From positions 3,889 through 67,888 of the forward strand of contig CALXTW010000007.1 of assembly GCA_944391515.1 (NCBI GenBank): a stretch of DNA of 64,000 nucleotides, read 5' to 3'. The translations under genes and the position numbers were made by a program. Shown in pieces: positions 58,374 through 64,000 of this stretch (its first letter is position 1; each line of letters begins with the position of its first letter). The notes below the pieces were generated by a model, which worked only from the letters and a program-made list of their open reading frames with translations, had not been told where the DNA came from and made no database searches. This stretch comes from an uncultured Alphaproteobacteria bacterium. GTDB lineage: Bacteria; Pseudomonadota; Alphaproteobacteria; RF32; CAG-239.

Positions 58374-58913
58374 TTATTTCTTCTTACCTTCTTTACGACG
58401 GACATATTCGCCTGTGTATTTAACGCCTTTACCTTTGTAAGGTTCAGGTTTTCTGTATTTGCGAATTTCCGCGGCAATTTGACCAACTAGCTGTTTATCA
58501 GCACCAGAGACAGTAATTTGGGTTGGGCTCGGGCAAGCCAAAGTAATTTCTTTCGGAGCCTCAAAATTAACATCATGAGAGAATCCCAAAGACAAAACAA
58601 CCTTGTGGCTGCCTTCAACGCGTGCTTTATAACCAACACCGATGAGTTCCAACTCTTTTTTAAAGCCTTCGCTTACACCTTTAACCATGGTGTTAATTTG
58701 GGCTCTGGTTGTTCCCCACAAAGTTCTGGCTTGTTTGCTGTCAGACAAAGGAGAAACTACAACTTTGTTGTCTTCCAATTTAGCTACAACGTGACCATCG
58801 TCATAAGTGTAGCTGAGTTCACCTAATTTACCTTTAGCAGTAACAACATTATTGTTAATGGTAACGGTAACACCATTAGGGACGATAACAGGATATTTTC
58901 CTACTCTAGACAT
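58374..58913 (-). CDS. rplF: 50S ribosomal protein L6
   Basis: 179 aa starting MSRVGK.P. Confidence 0.97.
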   Translation of the reverse strand: MSRVGKYPVIVPNGVTVTINNNVVTAKGKLGELSYTYDDGHVVAKLEDNKVVVSPLSDSKQARTLWGTTRAQINTMVKGVSEGFKKELELIGVGYKARVEGSHKVVLSLGFSHDVNFEAPKEITLACPSPTQITVSGADKQLVGQIAAEIRKYRKPEPYKGKGVKYTGEYVRRKEGKKK

Positions 58914-58925
58914 CCATTTTCTCCC

Positions 58926-59324
58926 CTAGAATACTTGACAAAGAATTTCACCGCCAACGTTGGCTTTTCTGGCTTCATGATCACTCATAACACCGCTTGG
59001 GGTAGAGATGATAGAAATACCAAGCCCGTTGTAAACTCTCGGCAAATCTTTAACGCTAGAATAAACGCGACGACCCGGAGTAGAAACACGGTAAATTTCA
59101 GTTATTACTGAAGTACCTTCATGATACTTCAATTTAATACGAAGTTCATCGATACCCGGTTTAACATTGACTCTTTCAAAACCTTCAATGTAACCTTCTC
59201 TTTTCAGAACTTCCAAAACATTTTCACGCAAGCGAGAGGCCGGTGATACAACTTCACTCTTCTTCGCTCTTTGTGCGTTTCTAATGCGTGTGAGCATATC
59301 GCCCAAAGTATCAGACATAGACAT
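58926..59324 (-). CDS. rpsH: 30S ribosomal protein S8
   Basis: 132 aa with [13 protein letters not shown] motif. Confidence 0.97.
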   Translation of the reverse strand: MSMSDTLGDMLTRIRNAQRAKKSEVVSPASRLRENVLEVLKREGYIEGFERVNVKPGIDELRIKLKYHEGTSVITEIYRVSTPGRRVYSSVKDLPRVYNGLGISIISTPSGVMSDHEARKANVGGEILCQVF

Positions 59325-59336
59325 GACTGTAACCTC

Positions 59337-59642
59337 CTACCAGCTTGATTTTACTAAACCAGGAATCTCACCGAAGCTAGCCATATCTCTTAATTCGACA
59401 CGGCTTACACCGAACTTCCTGTAATAACTACGAGAACGACCCGTCAGCTTGCAACGGTTTCTGATTCTGTTTTTAGCTGAGTTGCGAGGCAGTTCTGCCA
59501 ATTTTAAAGTCGCTTGGAATCTTTCTTCCGGAGAAGCATTTTTATCCATAACGATATCTTTGAGTTTTTGACGGCGGTTATTAAACTTTTGAGCCATCTT
59601 AACTCTTTTCAAGTTTCTGTAAACTGAACTTGTTTTTGCCAT
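59337..59642 (-). CDS. rpsN: 30S ribosomal protein S14 (long, non-zinc form)
   Basis: 101 aa with an RNRC..TGR and LVKSSW end. Confidence 0.96.
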   Translation of the reverse strand: MAKTSSVYRNLKRVKMAQKFNNRRQKLKDIVMDKNASPEERFQATLKLAELPRNSAKNRIRNRCKLTGRSRSYYRKFGVSRVELRDMASFGEIPGLVKSSW

Positions 59643-59656
59643 AGTAAAATCTCCGC

Positions 59657-60196
59657 TTATTTCTTGATAGGCATGTTAAAACCATCGAGAAGCATTTTAG
59701 CTTCTTCGTCGGTTCTAGCCGATGTACAAATCACGATATCCATACCGCGAACATTTTCAACTTTTTCATAGTTGATTTCCGGAAAGATGATTTGTTCTTT
59801 GATACCGAAAGCGAAGTTGCCTCGACCATCAAAGTTTTTGCCGGAAATACCGTGAAAGTCTCTGATGCGCGGCAATGCCATATTAACCAGTCTTTCAAGG
59901 AATTCATACATTCTGTCAGAACGCAGAGTAACCTTGCAGCCAATCGGCATATCTTCTCTCAATTTGAAAGTAGCGATAGACTTACGGGCTTTGGTGACTA
60001 CCGGTTTTTGACCGGCAATCAAAGCCATTTCTTCTACAGCGTTATTCAATTTTTTCTTGTCTGTAACGGCGTCACCGACACCCATGTTCAAGACAATTTT
60101 CGTCAACTTTGGAATCTCGTGTGGGTTCTTGTAACCGAATTTTTCCACCAGAGATTTCTTTATGACGTCATTATACAATTTTTCAAAGTTTGTCAT
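59657..60196 (-). CDS. rplE: 50S ribosomal protein L5
   Basis: 179 aa with the typical L5 motifs. Confidence 0.97.
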   Translation of the reverse strand: MTNFEKLYNDVIKKSLVEKFGYKNPHEIPKLTKIVLNMGVGDAVTDKKKLNNAVEEMALIAGQKPVVTKARKSIATFKLREDMPIGCKVTLRSDRMYEFLERLVNMALPRIRDFHGISGKNFDGRGNFAFGIKEQIIFPEINYEKVENVRGMDIVICTSARTDEEAKMLLDGFNMPIKK

Positions 60197-60206
60197 AAAA
60201 TTTCTC

Positions 60207-60530
60207 CTATTTCTTCTCGATTACTTCACCGGATTTACGAGCAAAGCGGACTTTGTTTCCGTTTACTTCTTTGTAACCAACTTTGCTGGCTTTACCTGAT
60301 TTCGGGTCAACGATAGCAACGTTGGAAACATTGATCGGGGCTTCTTTGGTGATAATGCCGCCCGGGGTAGTTTGGCTGGGTTTGGTGTGTCTTTTAACCA
60401 AGTTAACACCTTGAACAACCACTTTACCTTCGCTAGGCATAGCTTTAACAACTTCACCAGTTTTACCTTTGTCATCACCAGCGATGACAATGACCTGATC
60501 ACCTTTTTTGATTTTCATTTTAAGGCTCAT
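60207..60530 (-). CDS. rplX: 50S ribosomal protein L24
   Basis: [19 protein letters not shown] motif. An alternative start lies at 60518. Confidence 0.95.
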   Translation of the reverse strand: MSLKMKIKKGDQVIVIAGDDKGKTGEVVKAMPSEGKVVVQGVNLVKRHTKPSQTTPGGIITKEAPINVSNVAIVDPKSGKASKVGYKEVNGNKVRFARKSGEVIEKK

Positions 60531-60898
60531 TACAATACCTCCGGTGCCAATGAAATTATTTTCATAAATTTCTTCGCACGCAATTCTCTGGTAACAGGGC
60601 CAAAGATACGAGTACCGATTGGCTCACCGTCTTTATTGATGAGAACTGCAGCATTATTATCAAAGCGGATAACGGAACCGTCTTTGCGTCTAATGTCGCT
60701 TGCTGTGCGAACGATTACAGCTTTGCATACGTCGCCTTTTTTAACGCGTCCTTTCGGTAAAGCGTCTTTAATAGAAACGACGATAACATCACCCACAGAA
60801 GCATGCATTCTCTTGGAGCCTCCAAGAACCTTAATGCACTGCACCTGACGTGCTCCTGAATTATCTGCAACATCCAGGTTGGTTTGCATCTGTATCAT
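60530..60898 (-). CDS. rplN: 50S ribosomal protein L14
   Basis: 122 aa starting MIQMQT.L.VADNSGA. Confidence 0.98.
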   Translation of the reverse strand: MIQMQTNLDVADNSGARQVQCIKVLGGSKRMHASVGDVIVVSIKDALPKGRVKKGDVCKAVIVRTASDIRRKDGSVIRFDNNAAVLINKDGEPIGTRIFGPVTRELRAKKFMKIISLAPEVL

Positions 60899-60916
60899 TG
60901 TTTTACTTCCTTTTCT

Positions 60917-61153
60917 CTAGGCGTTATCACTGACAACAGTCCAAGTCTTGGTTTTAGAATAAGGTCTAGATTCTTCAATCTTAACGATATCACCAACTTT
61001 GAACTGATTATTTTCATCATGAGCAGCAAATTTTTTGCTTCTCTTAACGAACTTCTTATAAACAGGGTGCATAACCTGACGCTCTACGCTGACCACGACA
61101 GTTTTATCCTGTTTATCACTAACAACAACACCTTGAAGAATTCTTTTAGGCAT
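60917..61153 (-). CDS. rpsQ: 30S ribosomal protein S17
   Basis: 78 aa with the typical S17 motifs. Confidence 0.96.
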   Translation of the reverse strand: MPKRILQGVVVSDKQDKTVVVSVERQVMHPVYKKFVKRSKKFAAHDENNQFKVGDIVKIEESRPYSKTKTWTVVSDNA

Positions 61154-61164
61154 ATCTTTTTCTC

Positions 61165-61362
61165 CTAATTATTCTTCTTGCGCTCAGCGAGGAGCGTGTT
61201 GATTTTTGCTATTTCACGACGGACACTTCTTATTACAGCAGTATTTTGTAATTGTCCAGTAGATTGTTGTATTCTTAAGTTAAATTGTTCTTTTTTCTTT
61301 TCGAGCAATTTAGCTTCCAACTCATCTGATGACATAGCACGAAGATCTTTAATTTTTAACAT
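61165..61362 (-). CDS. rpmC: 50S ribosomal protein L29
   Basis: 65 aa with L..EL..LRFQ-like motif. Confidence 0.95.
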   Translation of the reverse strand: MLKIKDLRAMSSDELEAKLLEKKKEQFNLRIQQSTGQLQNTAVIRSVRREIAKINTLLAERKKNN

Positions 61363-61790
61363 TATGCTTCTCCCTTATCAGAGTTCAAGCGTTTAATAAA
61401 CTTGGTCTTGATCGGCAGTTTAGCAGCACCGAGAGCAAATGCACCACGTGCGGTTTCCTCATCAATACCTTCACATTCGAACAAAATACGACCTGGGTGA
61501 ACCCTAGCGCACCAGTATTCAACAGAACCTTTACCTTTACCCATACGGACTTCAGCAGGTTTATCAGATACCGGAACATCCGGGAAAATACGAATCCAGA
61601 GTCTACCGGCTCTTTTCATCTCACGAGTAATCGCACGACGAGCAGCCTCAATTTGGCGAGCTGTAATACGATCTGGAGACAGAGCTTTCAGACCGAAGGA
61701 ACCGAAACTCAATTCGGTACCGCCTTTAGCATTACCGTGAATACGGCCTTTATGCTGCTTGCGGAACTTTAATCTTTTTGGACTTAACAT
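61362..61790 (-). CDS. rplP: 50S ribosomal protein L16
   Basis: [17 protein letters not shown]-terminus. A short extra C-terminal tail brings it to 142 aa. Confidence 0.97.
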   Translation of the reverse strand: MLSPKRLKFRKQHKGRIHGNAKGGTELSFGSFGLKALSPDRITARQIEAARRAITREMKRAGRLWIRIFPDVPVSDKPAEVRMGKGKGSVEYWCARVHPGRILFECEGIDEETARGAFALGAAKLPIKTKFIKRLNSDKGEA

Positions 61791-61802
61791 ATCTTTTTAC
61801 CT

Positions 61803-62471
61803 TTACTTCTGCTCGGCTAATTTCTTGTCTTGCGCCATCGGATCGTGAGCCATAATTTCGCCTTTGTAGATCCAAACTTTAACGCCGCAAGCGCCATAAG
61901 TTGTGTGAGCGGTAGAGGTTGCGTAATCAATATCGGCACGCAAAGTGTGCAGAGGAACGCGACCCTCACGGTAATATTCGGTACGAGCGATTTCAGCGCC
62001 GCCTAAACGACCTGAGCAGCTAACCTTAATACCTTCAGCACCCAAACGCAAAGCAGATTGCATAACTCTCTTCATTGCGCGACGGAAAGCAACACGTCTT
62101 TCCAATTGTTGCGCAACGGAGTCGGCAACCAACTGAGCATCGAGTTCAGGTTTTCTGACTTCCAGAATATTCAATTGAACTTCAGAATCAGTCATCTTTT
62201 GGATTTCTTTTCTCAAAAGTTCAATATCTTGACCTTTTTTGCCGATAACGACACCCGGTCTTGCAGAGTGAATAGTAACTCTAGCTTTTTTAGCAGGACG
62301 TTCAATAACGATTCTGCTGATACCGGCTTGAGCCAATTTCTTCTTCAAGAACTCTTTAATTTTCAAATCTTCGTGGAGGTAATCAGTGAACTTATCATCT
62401 GCATACCAACGAGAGTCCCAAGTGCGGTTAACACCTAAACGAAGACCTGTAGGATTTACTTTTTGTCCCAT
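61803..62471 (-). CDS. rpsC: 30S ribosomal protein S3
   Basis: [13 protein letters not shown] from the ATG at 62471. The track start at 62498 overlaps rplV. Confidence 0.97.
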   Translation of the reverse strand: MGQKVNPTGLRLGVNRTWDSRWYADDKFTDYLHEDLKIKEFLKKKLAQAGISRIVIERPAKKARVTIHSARPGVVIGKKGQDIELLRKEIQKMTDSEVQLNILEVRKPELDAQLVADSVAQQLERRVAFRRAMKRVMQSALRLGAEGIKVSCSGRLGGAEIARTEYYREGRVPLHTLRADIDYATSTAHTTYGACGVKVWIYKGEIMAHDPMAQDKKLAEQK

Positions 62472-62475
62472 TAAC

Positions 62476-62850
62476 TTACTCCCCACGCTCTGTAACAACG
62501 ATAGTCAGGTTAGAGAAAGGTTTCAAAACTCTTGCTCCGCGACCACGACCACGTGCGTGCATACGTTTCATTACTAAACCTTTACCGACATAAGCTTCAC
62601 TAACATAAAGTTTGTCGATATTTAATTGGTGGTTGTTTTCAGCATTGGCGATTGCAGATTGCAATACAGCCAAAGCGGCTTTTGCGATTCTCTTCTTAGA
62701 GAAGCTCAACTCAGCAACAGCCTTCTCAACATGCAAACCACGAATTGATTGAGCGACCAGATTGAGCTTGCGAGGGCTGGTGCGGAGAGAATTGCAAACG
62801 GCCATAGCCTGATTTGCAGCAACTCTTCTTTCATTATTAGACTTTGCCAT
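62476..62850 (-). CDS. rplV: 50S ribosomal protein L22
   Basis: 124 aa with the typical L22 motifs. Confidence 0.96.
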   Translation of the reverse strand: MAKSNNERRVAANQAMAVCNSLRTSPRKLNLVAQSIRGLHVEKAVAELSFSKKRIAKAALAVLQSAIANAENNHQLNIDKLYVSEAYVGKGLVMKRMHARGRGRGARVLKPFSNLTIVVTERGE

Positions 62851-62852
62851 AA

Positions 62853-63131
62853 TTAACCTCTCTTAGCCTTTTTGTCAGCTGCGTGCCCGTAGAATGTACG
62901 AGTCGGAGCGAACTCACCAAATTTGTGGCCGACCATATCCTCTGTAACCAAAACAGGGATAAACTTGTGACCATTGTGAACACCGAATGTTAAACCAACG
63001 AATTGTGGCAACATGGTGGAGCGACGAGACCAAATTTTAATAACTTCATTACGGCCCGAAGCTCTTGCTTTATCAGCTTTCTTCAGAAGATAGCCATCAA
63101 CAAACGGCCCTTTCCATACGGAACGTGTCAT
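62853..63131 (-). CDS. rpsS: 30S ribosomal protein S19
   Basis: 92 aa starting [12 protein letters not shown]. Confidence 0.98.
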   Translation of the reverse strand: MTRSVWKGPFVDGYLLKKADKARASGRNEVIKIWSRRSTMLPQFVGLTFGVHNGHKFIPVLVTEDMVGHKFGEFAPTRTFYGHAADKKAKRG

Positions 63132-63143
63132 TAGCGTTTCTCC

Positions 63144-63980
63144 CTATTTCTTTTTGTTTTCATGACGAGATCTCATAATGTATTGATCCGTCTTTTTGTT
63201 AGAACGAGTTTTAGCACCCTTGGTCGGTTTACCCCAAGCAGATACCGGATGACGACCACCAGAAGTACGGCCTTCACCACCACCATGCGGGTGATCAACC
63301 GGGTTCATGGCAACACCGCGAGATTGCGGTCTAATACCAAGCCAACGAGTACGTCCGGCTTTACCCAAAGATGCGTTCTGGTTATCCGGGTTCGAAACAG
63401 CGCCGACCGTAGCCAAGCATTCTTCACGAACGATACGGAGTTCACCTGAACTCAGTTTCAATTGTGCGTAACCGGCGTCTTTACCGACAACTTGAGCATA
63501 GCAACCAGCAGAACGAACCAATTGTCCGCCTTTTCCGGCTTTGAGCTCAATATTGTGAATAATAGTACCAACCGGCATATTCTTCAAAGGCATAGCATTA
63601 CCCGGCTTAATATCAGCTTTTTCAGCTGAAATGATTTTATCGCCGGCTTTTAATCTTTGAGGAGCGAGGATATAGGCCTTTTCGCCGTCTTCATAGCTAA
63701 CCAAAGCGATGAAAGCCGAACGATTCGGGTCATATTCAATTCTCTCAACTGTTGCCTCAGCATCGAATTTATTACGTTTGAAGTCGATGAGACGAAGTTT
63801 GCGTTTGTGTCCGCCACCGATTCTACGACTTGTAACGTGTCCGAAATTATCGCGCCCACCGGTCTTAGTAAGACCAATTGTCAAAGACTTCTCAGGAGCA
63901 CCTTTATACAGTTCGCTTCTATCAACGATAACGAGCTGACGCAGTCCTGGAGAAGTGGGCTTATATGTTTTTAAAGCCAT
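63144..63980 (-). CDS. rplB: 50S ribosomal protein L2
   Basis: 278 aa with [14 protein letters not shown] motif. Confidence 0.98.
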   Translation of the reverse strand: MALKTYKPTSPGLRQLVIVDRSELYKGAPEKSLTIGLTKTGGRDNFGHVTSRRIGGGHKRKLRLIDFKRNKFDAEATVERIEYDPNRSAFIALVSYEDGEKAYILAPQRLKAGDKIISAEKADIKPGNAMPLKNMPVGTIIHNIELKAGKGGQLVRSAGCYAQVVGKDAGYAQLKLSSGELRIVREECLATVGAVSNPDNQNASLGKAGRTRWLGIRPQSRGVAMNPVDHPHGGGEGRTSGGRHPVSAWGKPTKGAKTRSNKKTDQYIMRSRHENKKK

Positions 63981-63983
63981 GTC

Positions 63984-64000
63984 CTAAATTCCTGTTGTAA
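63984..64000 (-). CDS. rplW: 50S ribosomal protein L23, last few codons only (partial)
   Basis: Minus-strand reading ...ACA ACA GGA ATT TAG (TTGI*) ends 3 nt before the rplB start. The call rests mainly on conserved gene order. Confidence 0.4.

Noticed and set aside
59792-60848. Long plus-strand ORFs (174 aa and 158 aa), along with many others at 50344-63974, that lie opposite ribosomal protein genes.
   Set aside because: They are antisense shadow ORFs of highly conserved, confidently identified r-protein genes, and none has an independent signal.
1-64000. Scanned all intergenic regions of about 50 nt or more for tRNA or rRNA genes, CRISPR repeat-spacer arrays, IS inverted repeats, and integrase or transposase ORFs.
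   Set aside because: None were found. The only repeats are the terminator-associated duplicates and the intragenic repeats reported above.

Overview
This 64-kb window comes from a low-GC bacterium (by eye high-30s % GC, not computed). I place it in Alphaproteobacteria because it has a GapR/DUF2312 protein, a three-gene pntAA-pntAB-pntB, an alpha-type Cys-poor L36, and an S10-spc-alpha ribosomal cluster without infA, rpmJ or rpsD. Most of the window is core genome:
- a giant AsmA-family envelope protein that runs off the left edge
- a translationally coupled nucleoside-catabolism operon (cdd-punA-deoC-deoA ... deoB-pgeF)
- a DjlA-like J-protein, a B12/radical-SAM enzyme, an AmpD-like amidase, ruvX, an isolated tolB, lepA and ettA
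- an orphan rpmJ, pyk, a two-gene chrA pair and the transhydrogenase
- a MurC/Mpl-type ligase with ldcA, and an [FeFe]-hydrogenase
- on the minus strand from 47.8 kb to the right edge, the ribosomal-protein superoperon rplW(partial)-rplB...rplO / secY-adk / rpsM-rpsK-rpoA / rplQ

I found no tRNA, rRNA, CRISPR array, transposase or integrase.

The unusual content sits in small accessory pockets:
1. The ribosomal superoperon is cut twice by non-ribosomal cassettes (rplO|secY and rpoA|rplQ). Each cassette carries a member of a DUF1566-like paralogue family, which also forms the C-terminal half of a 680-aa cysteine-rich secreted protein at 21.6-23.7 kb.
2. An operon encodes a membrane-anchored hybrid histidine kinase plus two tandem paralogous, catalytically degenerate GGDEF-EAL-like proteins. 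It is divergent from the [FeFe]-hydrogenase gene.
3. There is a run of separately terminated orphan genes, including a protein built from four tandem repeats of about 75 aa.
4. A structured, GC-rich non-coding segment of about 330 nt lies downstream of rpoA.
5. An AT-rich phosphoethanolamine-transferase-like gene is wedged into the deo operon.

Functional calls rest on motifs I recognise in the translations. No database search was run.
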